Part shown: positions 20,013 to 29,175 of the stretch, in pieces
Layout: every line of letters begins with the position of its first letter
How positions within the stretch are numbered: the first letter of the stretch is position 1
Source: a virus
Virus record (IMG/VR): IMGVR_UViG_3300024261_000014
Coordinates: 19,880 to 83,879 of that record
Length of the DNA: 64,000 nucleotides
Reading direction: 5' to 3' (one strand)
Translations under genes and position numbers: made by a program
Notes under the pieces: generated by a model
What the model was told of the DNA's origin: nothing
The model's input: only the letters and a program-made list of their open reading frames with translations
The model's database searches: none

Positions 20013-20604
20013 CTATTATAAATTCTTGAATACAATGTCGTATTCCCTTTGTAACTGGAGTTACTCTATGAAAAAATATTGGTGAGAATACAATTAAAGT
20101 TCCCTTTTCTTGTGGAATTGTATAATACTCCATAGAATGTGGGTCTTGTATAGCAAATTGTGTTTTACCACCCTCATATTCACTTGGGTCTGTTAATTGT
20201 ACAATACACGCTAACTTTCTTAGAGAACTTTGGCCTGCATTAAAATCTGAATGCCAAGTATAAAAATCTTCAGTCTCTCCATTATACTGAATCATTTTTA
20301 TATTGTTTTCTACTTCTTGAATATTAAAGTTCCAAGATAACTGATTCATTACTTTTGCAGATAAAAATAATTTCTGTTGTATGTCTGAATAATCACCCTT
20401 TGCATAATCTCTCATATCTTTATGTAAATACCATTCTTTAACACTTCTAAATTCTAAATTATGGTCTGAACCCATATGTGGTTCTATACAACCTGTTTCA
20501 CCCTTTTCCGTACTTTTAACCCTTTCAATAAACTCATCACATTCTTCTGGTGTAAAGAAGTTTGGTTTTGTCATATACCATTGAAAGTTTTCATTCTTTT
20601 TCAT
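19996..20604 (-). CDS. 2OG-Fe(II) oxygenase
   Basis: WHSD, RKL, YEGG, HRVTPVTKGIR. Confidence 0.9.
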   Translation of the reverse strand: MKKNENFQWYMTKPNFFTPEECDEFIERVKSTEKGETGCIEPHMGSDHNLEFRSVKEWYLHKDMRDYAKGDYSDIQQKLFLSAKVMNQLSWNFNIQEVENNIKMIQYNGETEDFYTWHSDFNAGQSSLRKLACIVQLTDPSEYEGGKTQFAIQDPHSMEYYTIPQEKGTLIVFSPIFFHRVTPVTKGIRHCIQEFIIGDTFV

Positions 20605-21209
20605 CTTAGTGGTTCTCCTATGTAGGTTTCTCTCATTATAAATCTTTCTCCACTTTTAAGTGGTGTAACCATATGGTTCGTAAACGATGGGAACATAAAT
20701 AAATATCCTTGTTTATATGGACATTTAAAAAAATCTTCTTTTTCATTACTAAATGCAAAATGTAAATCACCACCATCAAAATCTTTTGGGTCGGATATTT
20801 GAATCAAGCAAGCTATTTTGTTTAATGATAGTATTCCAGCATCTGTACCCGAATGCCAATTGAAATGGTCTCCCTTTTGATATTCAATAGTTCTAAAATC
20901 CCCTTGATTTCGTTCAATATCGAATTTCCAAACCCTATCATTTGTAATCTTTACTATAGTATTTAGTTTATCTACCAACCAACTATAATCATTCTTTATA
21001 TTACTATTTAATTCTGGTAATAAATATATTTCATTACAATCACGATGGTGAGATAGATTAACTTTTGTAGGCTCTTCTTCTTGTGGATTATATGTTCCAC
21101 CTTGAACCCAACTATCTTCACCCTTAACTTTTTTTACTAAATCATTACATTGTTCTACACTAAGAAATGATAAATGTATAAACCATTTAAAATCATTGTT
21201 TTCTTTCAC
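20601..21209 (-). CDS. 2OG-Fe(II) oxygenase with HxG in place of HxD
   Basis: WHSG, FDGGDL, HMVTPLKSGER. Confidence 0.85.
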   Translation of the reverse strand: MKENNDFKWFIHLSFLSVEQCNDLVKKVKGEDSWVQGGTYNPQEEEPTKVNLSHHRDCNEIYLLPELNSNIKNDYSWLVDKLNTIVKITNDRVWKFDIERNQGDFRTIEYQKGDHFNWHSGTDAGILSLNKIACLIQISDPKDFDGGDLHFAFSNEKEDFFKCPYKQGYLFMFPSFTNHMVTPLKSGERFIMRETYIGEPLR

Positions 21210-21796
21210 CTAAAAGTATCTCCGTGTAACCAACCAACGATGGAATATCTTGAGCCAGAAAGTAATGGTGTAATTCTATGTATTACTAATGGATTAAAAA
21301 TAATTACACTCCCCTTTTTTCTTGTACCCTTAACAAAACTATCACTATCTTTGGTTGTTAATGCAAACTCTAAATCTCCACCATCATAATCATCACCATC
21401 TGATAATTGAACTATAACACTTAATTTTCTCGTTGATTCATCACCTTTACCAAAATCTGGATGCCATCCATACCCATCACCCTTTACATATTTTAATAGT
21501 TTAAAATTCTCGTAAGAATCCCAATCAATATCGTAATTGAAATGTAGTTTATTAGCAACCTTAGTGAGATTTAATATTTTATCAGTAATTTTACTACTTT
21601 CTATTTGGAACTCTGTTGCTTTTCTGTAATCTCTAACCTCACTACCACTCAAACCAACAAGTTCAGCTCTACTACCATTGGTATTGATTGTGTGTTGAGA
21701 TTCACCAAAACTTTTATTTTTAATAAAATCTATTTCTGAATCACTTAGAAAGTTTTCCTTTTCAATATAATACTTAAAACCATTATTTTTTTTCAT
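21206..21796 (-). CDS. 2OG-Fe(II) oxygenase
   Basis: WHPD, RKLS, YDGGDL, HRITPLLSGSR. Confidence 0.9.
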   Translation of the reverse strand: MKKNNGFKYYIEKENFLSDSEIDFIKNKSFGESQHTINTNGSRAELVGLSGSEVRDYRKATEFQIESSKITDKILNLTKVANKLHFNYDIDWDSYENFKLLKYVKGDGYGWHPDFGKGDESTRKLSVIVQLSDGDDYDGGDLEFALTTKDSDSFVKGTRKKGSVIIFNPLVIHRITPLLSGSRYSIVGWLHGDTFR

Positions 21797-21812
21797 ACTT
21801 ACTCTTTAAGGT

Positions 21813-21863
21813 CCTTTTGGTGGTAAGTTATGCACCACCACCACCTTTTGGTGGTAAGTTATG
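21813..21863. repeat. 20-bp perfect direct repeat (21813-21832 and 21844-21863) at the 3' end of the Hint gene
   Basis: CCTTTTGGTGGTAAGTTATG occurs twice, 31 bp apart. Confidence 0.9.
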
Positions 21864-23375
21864 AACTAATATATCACTTGAAAAATAAGTATCAATATCC
21901 TCTACATCTAATGAATAGAAAGTTTCATCGGTAGTTACTTCGACTGTTGATGTTACTTCAATAAGGTTACCATCCTTATCCATTAGTTCATCACCAACTT
22001 CAATTTCAAATGCTCTAAGGAATTTATACTCATTTGCTCGTTTTACAAATATCATCCCCATCCAACCAAACTTATAAGTATCATTTATTATATAATGTTC
22101 TGGTTGTACATTAGAAGATACCTCAAGTACAACTGAACCACTCGAAACACTATTGGTTAAATCTGTTGATGAATATGCTGCAAAATCGTGGTCACTTAAA
22201 CTCATTCCAACTGGTTGATATGATTTAACCACATCACCAACTTCTACATCTTGTATTTGTTTAGTACTACCATCATACATACGAATTAAACTTCCACTCG
22301 GTGTTGTAGTACCTCTATTTGCAACCAGTTTCCACTTATACCAATCATTATCTATAGATGAACTTACACCTGTAGGTGGATTTATTTGTATGTATTGTGG
22401 ACTATAATAAGAACACAATACTTCTGTATGTTGTGGTGTGAATAATATATATGCTCTACCAGTCCCTAAGTATTTATTTCCATTACCATCTAAACTACCA
22501 GAAGATGGAATAAATTTTTCTGGATAAGTAGATATACCAGTACTCGTCTCGATATCATACCAATATGTCATACTGGTGTGAACGCGCTCTTTATAATCCG
22601 AATTTGATTCCCAAGTTTGTTCAACTCCATCCGCATCTGTATAGGTAGATGAGTATATATTTCTTTGTTCTGCATTAGTTATATATGAGTTAAAACTTAT
22701 ATTGAATGGACTAACTAATAATGAACCATCTTCAGTTTTAGATTTTAAAACAAAATCTGGCCAAGTTCCTACTCCACGATTAGCTGCAATTGATGATGAA
22801 GTAAAACCATCTATAAATGTCTCACCAACATTTGCACTCTGAAGTATAGTTCTAAATTTAGTTTTATCCATAGAACCAGTAGCCATTGTATATAATGTAT
22901 CATCTGCTCCGTAACCATTTGGTGTATCAACGAAAAGATGAAATTTACTTGAAGATGCCTCTACCCGAGAATTAACATATGGTGCTGAACTATCATAAAC
23001 AAAAGAAGAACTTATGTTATGATTAGCGAAACTTGCGGATATACTTGAAAGTTTAGTTTGTCTTGGATTTTGCATATCTGCCCAAGTAGAACCATAAATA
23101 TTTACACTACTATAACTTTGTGTAACAGCATATTGTGCAATTCTATCAAAGAAATCCGAACCTTGTACTGATAAAGGTATCTGTACACTTGGATTTGTAT
23201 TAAACTCAAATATTTTTGTATCATTACTACCACTCTCAATAGTAAAATCATATGCACCAATAAATGCTGAATAACTATGATTTGGCCAATCTCCTGCACT
23301 ACCTGTTATGTAATCACTAATTTCTTTTACTTTAGCGTTTACATCTGATTTTTGTGTATAATTTACTATACTCAT
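21828..23375 (-). CDS. ATP-grasp-like region plus C-terminal Hint (BIL-like) domain protein, copy 1
   Basis: Hint at 21858-22307: TTPSGSLIRMYDGSTKQIQDVEVGD ... FYSLDVEDIDTYFSSDILVHN; N-terminal YDF..E.N, DK..FR, PDFVLK, EKFI. Confidence 0.75.
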   Translation of the reverse strand: MSIVNYTQKSDVNAKVKEISDYITGSAGDWPNHSYSAFIGAYDFTIESGSNDTKIFEFNTNPSVQIPLSVQGSDFFDRIAQYAVTQSYSSVNIYGSTWADMQNPRQTKLSSISASFANHNISSSFVYDSSAPYVNSRVEASSSKFHLFVDTPNGYGADDTLYTMATGSMDKTKFRTILQSANVGETFIDGFTSSSIAANRGVGTWPDFVLKSKTEDGSLLVSPFNISFNSYITNAEQRNIYSSTYTDADGVEQTWESNSDYKERVHTSMTYWYDIETSTGISTYPEKFIPSSGSLDGNGNKYLGTGRAYILFTPQHTEVLCSYYSPQYIQINPPTGVSSSIDNDWYKWKLVANRGTTTPSGSLIRMYDGSTKQIQDVEVGDVVKSYQPVGMSLSDHDFAAYSSTDLTNSVSSGSVVLEVSSNVQPEHYIINDTYKFGWMGMIFVKRANEYKFLRAFEIEVGDELMDKDGNLIEVTSTVEVTTDETFYSLDVEDIDTYFSSDILVHNLPPKGGGGA

Positions 23376-23413
23376 TAACTTCTCCTAATGATACTTTTAT
23401 TCATATATAAATA

Positions 23414-23833
23414 TCATATTTTTACATTATAGTTACTATTTAGGAACATCTTCTGTGCTGATTTATTCCAACTATCTGATTGTGCCCACCAAGAATCCCA
23501 ATCTTGGCAATATCTATGTAGTGAATTAACAATCTCACCACCTATACCTTTATTTCTATATTTAGGATTTACATAGATGTTACATATTTCCTTTGTTTCT
23601 GTATTTAACCAACCCCAACCTTGTATCATTTGTTGTGGATTAAATACTACAAACTTCCAACCATTGTCTAATCTGATTTTTGCTTTAGGTAAATCCCACA
23701 TATCATCCCACTTAATTATTGAATTAAAGTAGTCTATCTCATATTGTAAATTATATAAGGTACACTCATCATAATCAAATGATGGACATAAATCAGATAC
23801 TTCCGCATCTTCCCTATTGATGTTAAATAACAT
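23414..23833 (-). CDS. GNAT family acetyltransferase
   Basis: IYVNPKYRNKGIG (motif A), NKSAQKMF; probable start MLFNIN. Confidence 0.85.
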   Translation of the reverse strand: MLFNINREDAEVSDLCPSFDYDECTLYNLQYEIDYFNSIIKWDDMWDLPKAKIRLDNGWKFVVFNPQQMIQGWGWLNTETKEICNIYVNPKYRNKGIGGEIVNSLHRYCQDWDSWWAQSDSWNKSAQKMFLNSNYNVKI

Positions 23834-23975
23834 CTTCAACACCTTTACCATCAGTTACACAACCATCTCTAACAACTTCGGTATCTTTTATTGTCTGTAC
23901 TATCTCATCACATTTTTCGTGTGATAGGAATGTTGGTATTTGAATTGAGAATTTAAATGCTTTATTTTCCCCCAT
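23823..23975 (-). pseudogene. truncated N-terminal fragment of a 2OG-Fe(II) oxygenase (50 aa)
   Basis: MGENKAFKFSIQIPTFLSHEKCDEIVQTIKDTEVVRDGCV.. matches the N-termini of the four neighbouring oxygenases. Confidence 0.7.
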
Positions 23976-25509
23976 GTCCTGGCGCATTATGAACTAATAT
24001 ATCTGATGAAAAGTATGTATCAATATCTTCTACATTGAGTGAATAAAAAGTTTCAGTAAGATACTTCTCTTCCACTGCAGTGACATCAATCCAATTACCA
24101 TCTTTATCAAATAATTTATCATCCACTTCTACCTCATAACCTTTTCTAAACTGAAAGTATCCCAAACCACCCCTATCCATATAGACTCCTGCTAATTGTG
24201 GAATCTTATAAGTATCATTTATCAAATAGTATAAATTTACTTCTTCTGAATGTACATCCACAACAACTGAACCACTTGCAAAACTATCACTTACATCTGT
24301 AGAACTCCAACTTAAATAATTCATATCACTATCTGGCATTCCCAATGAACCAGAACCACCTGGTTGATACGATTTAACTACATCACCAACCTCTACATTT
24401 TGTACCAATTTAGTACTATTATCATACATACGAATTGTTGCACCATGTGGTGTAGATGGGCCTTGGTAGGGTTTTAATGTCCACTCGTACCAATCATTAT
24501 TCAGAGATGAACTTACACCTGTTGGGGCGTTTAATAATGAAAACTTACTATTATAGTAAGTACCAAGTGTAATTACTTTTTCGGGTGTTAATAATTGTAC
24601 ACTTCTACCATTACCTATGAATTTTCTTGCACCATCATCACTACCTGATGAAATAATATAATCCTCTACATAATTACCCGTTCCATCTTCCACATCTATA
24701 CCATAAAAGTGTTGCATACTCTCTGTGAATGGTGTACCCACACTCCAATTTACTTCATTTCCATCAGCATCTGTAAAAACACTTCCGGTTAGCTCTCTTA
24801 CTTCTGCACTACTGATGTATGAATTAAATGAAATCGAACCATCAGCTGTAACCATAAATGATGCATGTTTAGCTAAATCTTTTAAAACATAATCTGGATA
24901 ATCACTAACCCCTTTATTTGCTGCTATTGAAGCTGAATTAAATGCCCCAATTAAAGAATCACCACCAATTGGTGATGCCCCAAGTATAGTTCTAAAACTT
25001 GTTTTAGTAAATGAACCACTTGATATCTGATACAAAGTATCATCCGTGTTACTTGGTGAAGCTACGAATACATGGAAACTCCCCGAATTTGAAGCAGTTC
25101 CTCTTTTTGCTAAGTATTGTGCTTGGTCTGTATAATTAAATGATGAACTAATATTATATTGAGCAAAACTTGCAGATATTGTAGGTTGTGTTGCAGTAGG
25201 TGGATTATATGTTCCAAATTGAAAACTACCATATACTTGTACATCTGAATAACTTTGTGTTGAGGCATATTGTGCAATATCATCATATATGTTTCCATAT
25301 AGACTACTCATCTGAGTACTATTGATTGCAGTATTCATCTCAAATACCTTTACATCATCACTACCACTTTCAATTGTAAAATCATAACACGCAAGTATTC
25401 CTGCGTAAGATGAATCAGGCCAACCACCAGCACTACCTGTAATGTAATTAGATAGTGATTCTAACTTCGTTTCTACATCTGATTTCTGACTAAATATTGT
25501 TATTGACAT
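23962..25509 (-). CDS. ATP-grasp-like region plus C-terminal Hint (BIL-like) domain protein, copy 2
   Basis: Full-length paralog of 21828-23375; Hint at 23986-24456 ends FYSLNVEDIDTYFSSDILVHN-APGHGGK. Confidence 0.75.
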   Translation of the reverse strand: MSITIFSQKSDVETKLESLSNYITGSAGGWPDSSYAGILACYDFTIESGSDDVKVFEMNTAINSTQMSSLYGNIYDDIAQYASTQSYSDVQVYGSFQFGTYNPPTATQPTISASFAQYNISSSFNYTDQAQYLAKRGTASNSGSFHVFVASPSNTDDTLYQISSGSFTKTSFRTILGASPIGGDSLIGAFNSASIAANKGVSDYPDYVLKDLAKHASFMVTADGSISFNSYISSAEVRELTGSVFTDADGNEVNWSVGTPFTESMQHFYGIDVEDGTGNYVEDYIISSGSDDGARKFIGNGRSVQLLTPEKVITLGTYYNSKFSLLNAPTGVSSSLNNDWYEWTLKPYQGPSTPHGATIRMYDNSTKLVQNVEVGDVVKSYQPGGSGSLGMPDSDMNYLSWSSTDVSDSFASGSVVVDVHSEEVNLYYLINDTYKIPQLAGVYMDRGGLGYFQFRKGYEVEVDDKLFDKDGNWIDVTAVEEKYLTETFYSLNVEDIDTYFSSDILVHNAPGHGGK

Positions 25510-25527
25510 AAGGTTCTCCTATATATA

Positions 25528-26232
25528 TTATAAATATCTCTCATATAAATTTTTGGTAAATAATTCGTTAGATAAAACTCCAGCGTGGTTGCCACCAACT
25601 GCCTCATCTTCCCAACACCCAAGATATTCATCTATAACATTTGTTAGTAATCTAATTCCTTTATTTTCCAAATAATTCTCAATCAGTAATTGATTTCTGT
25701 ATAGATTGTCATTATCATATTCATCGTTCTGTAAATTTACAAGTGAATCGTGAGCTAACAACCCATCATCAGTTTTCCAATAATCCCATTTACCATCAGG
25801 CTTAAAAGAGCATTTCCTACCATCTAATGTGGTGTACTCTCTCCTATGTGGATACGTATATAAAACAACAATTAAATCTGGTTTTAAAATTTCGGTATAT
25901 GATAGAACTGCTCTACTAATTGTATCATTAGATATTCCTTGAATACCACAATTAATATGTGAGTGTTGAATTTCGTTTGCTAATAAATGTGGCCATGTTT
26001 CCTCATTTCCTACACCTACACCCAATGTATGACTGCATCCAAAAGTAAGTAACTTAGATTTTGATGAAAAATAAGTTTCTAAATCATCTCCCCTAAATCC
26101 AAGTTCATTAAATGTATATCCACCAACTACTCTACCAGATTTATCTCCACCGACAGTTTTATGTGTTTGATTCTTTCTTGATTTTAAATCATCAAATATA
26201 TCAAACTCTTTATGAGTCCAGTGCGGGTTCAA
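25528..26232 (-). CDS. SGNH-hydrolase-like phage protein
   Basis: FNELGFRG, FGCSHTLG, NCGIQGISN, HAG. Confidence 0.7.
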   Translation of the reverse strand: MNPHWTHKEFDIFDDLKSRKNQTHKTVGGDKSGRVVGGYTFNELGFRGDDLETYFSSKSKLLTFGCSHTLGVGVGNEETWPHLLANEIQHSHINCGIQGISNDTISRAVLSYTEILKPDLIVVLYTYPHRREYTTLDGRKCSFKPDGKWDYWKTDDGLLAHDSLVNLQNDEYDNDNLYRNQLLIENYLENKGIRLLTNVIDEYLGCWEDEAVGGNHAGVLSNELFTKNLYERYL

Positions 26233-26467
26233 GACCTGTTCCCTTTAACATCTCGGTTGGTACTTGTCCACAATTACCACAACTAAATACTTCAATTGGA
26301 ACTAATCCTTCTTGACCATTCGGTGACATTATTGCAGATATCCTTTTTATAATCGTTGATGTTATAAACAAATAATTACCACACGCCTGACAATTTAGTG
26401 TATCTGCTTTACTTAAATCTAATTTTTGTTGTGGTTTATTTATCGGTTTTTGTGCTTTCATATTCAT
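26210..26467 (-). CDS. small Zn-ribbon protein
   Basis: CQACG ... CGNCG. Confidence 0.65.
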   Translation of the reverse strand: MNMKAQKPINKPQQKLDLSKADTLNCQACGNYLFITSTIIKRISAIMSPNGQEGLVPIEVFSCGNCGQVPTEMLKGTGLEPALDS

Positions 26468-27387
26468 TTTACTTTTCCTATTATCTCAACAAACATTGCC
26501 ATAGCATTTATTTCTTTATCCACTACTACTGCATCACTTTGTTGATATTGACTTAATACTAAAATACATTCTGCGACATGTCCTCTACCCCAATCATCGA
26601 CTGTATCAAACAACAACCTAAACATATCACTAAAGTCTGTAACTTTGGAATCTGCTAATAATTGTCGAATGTTCTTGAATGCATTCTTCTTATCTTGAGT
26701 TTTCAAGATTTCTAAAACTTCTAACTTGTAATCGTTTTGTGTACTCATCGCTTCATCTATAACGAGTTTCTCTTTTACTACCTGTCTCTGAGCAGCATTG
26801 ATTACTCTTCTGATATCGGGATAACCACCATTCACTATCGTTACGATATCATCTACTTTTGCATCTACCGATTCTTTCTGTAAGATTTTCGACATATGCA
26901 TCGCGACTTGTTTTCTATCGGGTGGTATAATCTGAAAGGATTGACATCTTGATTGGATTGGGTCAATTATTCTTTCAACATAATTACAAGTTAGGATAAA
27001 CCTACAATGTTTTGAAAATGTTTCCATTAGATTTCTTAATGCTGCTTGTGCATTTGGTGTAATGTAATCACACTCATCTAATATTATAATCTTCATCTCT
27101 GAAAATCCAAGTGTTGATGCAAAATTCTTTACTTTATCACGAACTACATCTACACTATTCTCATCAGATGCATTAATATATAAATAATCACAATCTATAT
27201 TATTAACGAGTAATTTAGCGAGAGTGGTTTTACCTGTACCTGCACGTCCATAAAGCAAAAGGTGTGGTAAATCGCCACTCTCCAAATACACTTTGACTTT
27301 ACTTTTGAGATGTTCATTCCCAATGTAAGTGTCAAGTGATTGCGGCCGATACTTTTCTACCCATAAGGTATTTTTAATTTCTTCCAT
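26464..27387 (-). CDS. clamp loader large subunit (RFC / T4 gp44-like AAA+)
   Basis: WVEKYRP, GRAGTGKT, INASDE, LDECD, SRC. Confidence 0.95.
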   Translation of the reverse strand: MEEIKNTLWVEKYRPQSLDTYIGNEHLKSKVKVYLESGDLPHLLLYGRAGTGKTTLAKLLVNNIDCDYLYINASDENSVDVVRDKVKNFASTLGFSEMKIIILDECDYITPNAQAALRNLMETFSKHCRFILTCNYVERIIDPIQSRCQSFQIIPPDRKQVAMHMSKILQKESVDAKVDDIVTIVNGGYPDIRRVINAAQRQVVKEKLVIDEAMSTQNDYKLEVLEILKTQDKKNAFKNIRQLLADSKVTDFSDMFRLLFDTVDDWGRGHVAECILVLSQYQQSDAVVVDKEINAMAMFVEIIGKVK

Positions 27388-27388
27388 A

Positions 27389-27949
27389 CTATTCCTTTAT
27401 TGCATCTTCTTCTAAAAATATCTGAACACTCCATCGAATACCAGATGTAATTTCATTTACCCAATGTAAATGTTTATCTGCTATCCAAACATACCCAGCA
27501 TCTTGTTTCATTGTTCTAACACCATCGTTAGTTTCAAATTGTAATTCTCCACCCTCATATTCACCATACTCTTTATCAGATAATTGAATACCAATCGTAA
27601 AACATCTCTTCCTTAGAATTTCACCATCAGTACCTGTCATAACATCATCTATATGTGGTTTAAAATAACAACCTTTACTATAGTGACATATTATCATTGA
27701 GTAACCAAGATTATCAATGTTTAAATCTAAAGTATTTGTCCAATCTTTAATCCTATCATAAACCCAAGATATATCATAAGGTGAATTACCCCAAGGCAAA
27801 GCATCTGATAACATTTTACTACCAACTTTTTCATATTCGTTGTGGTAGACATCAACTACTCTAACTTTTAATCTAGCATATGATTTTATTTTTTCACATT
27901 CTTCTTTACTAAATAATCTTTTTTCTATTAAAGTTTTTTCCATATCCAA
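27389..27949 (-). CDS. 2OG-Fe(II) oxygenase
   Basis: PHID, YEGGEL, HWVNEITSGIR. Confidence 0.85.
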   Translation of the reverse strand: MDMEKTLIEKRLFSKEECEKIKSYARLKVRVVDVYHNEYEKVGSKMLSDALPWGNSPYDISWVYDRIKDWTNTLDLNIDNLGYSMIICHYSKGCYFKPHIDDVMTGTDGEILRKRCFTIGIQLSDKEYGEYEGGELQFETNDGVRTMKQDAGYVWIADKHLHWVNEITSGIRWSVQIFLEEDAIKE

Positions 27950-29175
27950 ATCGGTTCACAAAAAGTTTTATCTTTTGTCTTTTCCGCCAGTTCCCTTGTC
28001 TCATCTTTGAATCTATCTTCTGCTGCAGTTCCTGCACCACCACTATTTGGTCTTTTTGCCATTTCCATTCCAATACAACCTTGATACTCTGAATCAGTAA
28101 ATGTTGATACAAAATCATTCATAGGATTACAAATCTCTAACCATTTCTTACCATGAGAATTTAATCTCTTTTGTTTTGCTCCACTACTCGCATAAACATC
28201 ACTTATATTCACTAATAAATATCCACCACTTTTGATAGAACCCCATAATTTTTTAATAGTTGTCTGTAAAAATTTATCATTCCACTCATCAATAGTTTTG
28301 TATCTTACCCAACTTTGAGTATCATCATAACTATATCTCTCAACTCCAAAATATGGTGGTGATGTAAAGACAGTATCAAACATATCTTTATATTGTTCAA
28401 AATCTACATCTTCTGCTGGTGATTCTAAAAACTCTGAATCTTTATCAACCTCGAAGAACATATTTCTGTGTTTTTCGTAGAACTCTTTTTGTTCTCTATA
28501 GAGTGGATGGTTTTCTTTTCGTGGGTCTATCCCAAGATAATATTTACCACTCTCACTACCATAGAATCCTGCTAATCTATCTCCCCAACCTGCAGAGAAA
28601 TCTAATATGTTCTCACTACCCAACTTATCATAGAGTACTTTTGCAACATTAGGTTTAAATTGAGAACAAATATACTTTCTCAAACTTAACATAATCCTAA
28701 GATTACCCGCAGTAATTTTTGGTAACTTCAAAGTATATGCAGCACCCATAAGTGATGTCATATATTTTTCTGTTTCCCAAGTTCTCTTTGGACCTGGTGC
28801 AATTGTTCCATCCACACTCCAACGATTTACTTGTTGGAAGAAATTACTGGCAGCATTACCTATGTTAACTCTTCTAAAGTATTGTTGTTTACCCTCAAAT
28901 TCTAAACCATATCTGTATGCAGTTCCCTCACGAGCAAACCACTCTCCCTCTACCAAAATTTCATTATGTCTCATACCCTTTAACTTCATTAAAGCTTTGT
29001 AGGCATCATCCTCTGAAATAGTGGCATAGGGAATCTCATAAGTCATTGCTACTTTAGCAAGACTTTCTTTGACATCATCCTTTTCGAATGTTTCTTTGAT
29101 ATACTCCCATTCTTTCTCATCTATTTCAAGATAAGGAGTCATACCTTTAAATTTATCAAAATATTCTAAATACAT
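27928..29175 (-). CDS. amino-DNA methyltransferase (SPPY type)
   Basis: ILDFSAGWGDR (SAM binding) followed by FTSPPYF. Confidence 0.85.
   Translation of the reverse strand: MYLEYFDKFKGMTPYLEIDEKEWEYIKETFEKDDVKESLAKVAMTYEIPYATISEDDAYKALMKLKGMRHNEILVEGEWFAREGTAYRYGLEFEGKQQYFRRVNIGNAASNFFQQVNRWSVDGTIAPGPKRTWETEKYMTSLMGAAYTLKLPKITAGNLRIMLSLRKYICSQFKPNVAKVLYDKLGSENILDFSAGWGDRLAGFYGSESGKYYLGIDPRKENHPLYREQKEFYEKHRNMFFEVDKDSEFLESPAEDVDFEQYKDMFDTVFTSPPYFGVERYSYDDTQSWVRYKTIDEWNDKFLQTTIKKLWGSIKSGGYLLVNISDVYASSGAKQKRLNSHGKKWLEICNPMNDFVSTFTDSEYQGCIGMEMAKRPNSGGAGTAAEDRFKDETRELAEKTKDKTFCEPIWIWKKL

Noticed and set aside
21858-24456. Canonical self-splicing inteins
   Set aside because: No block B His, non-nucleophilic +1 residues, C-flanks of only 7-9 aa and no endonuclease domain
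21828-25509. Diversity-generating retroelement template/variable repeat pair
   Set aside because: No reverse transcriptase in the window; the paralogs differ throughout rather than at adenines only
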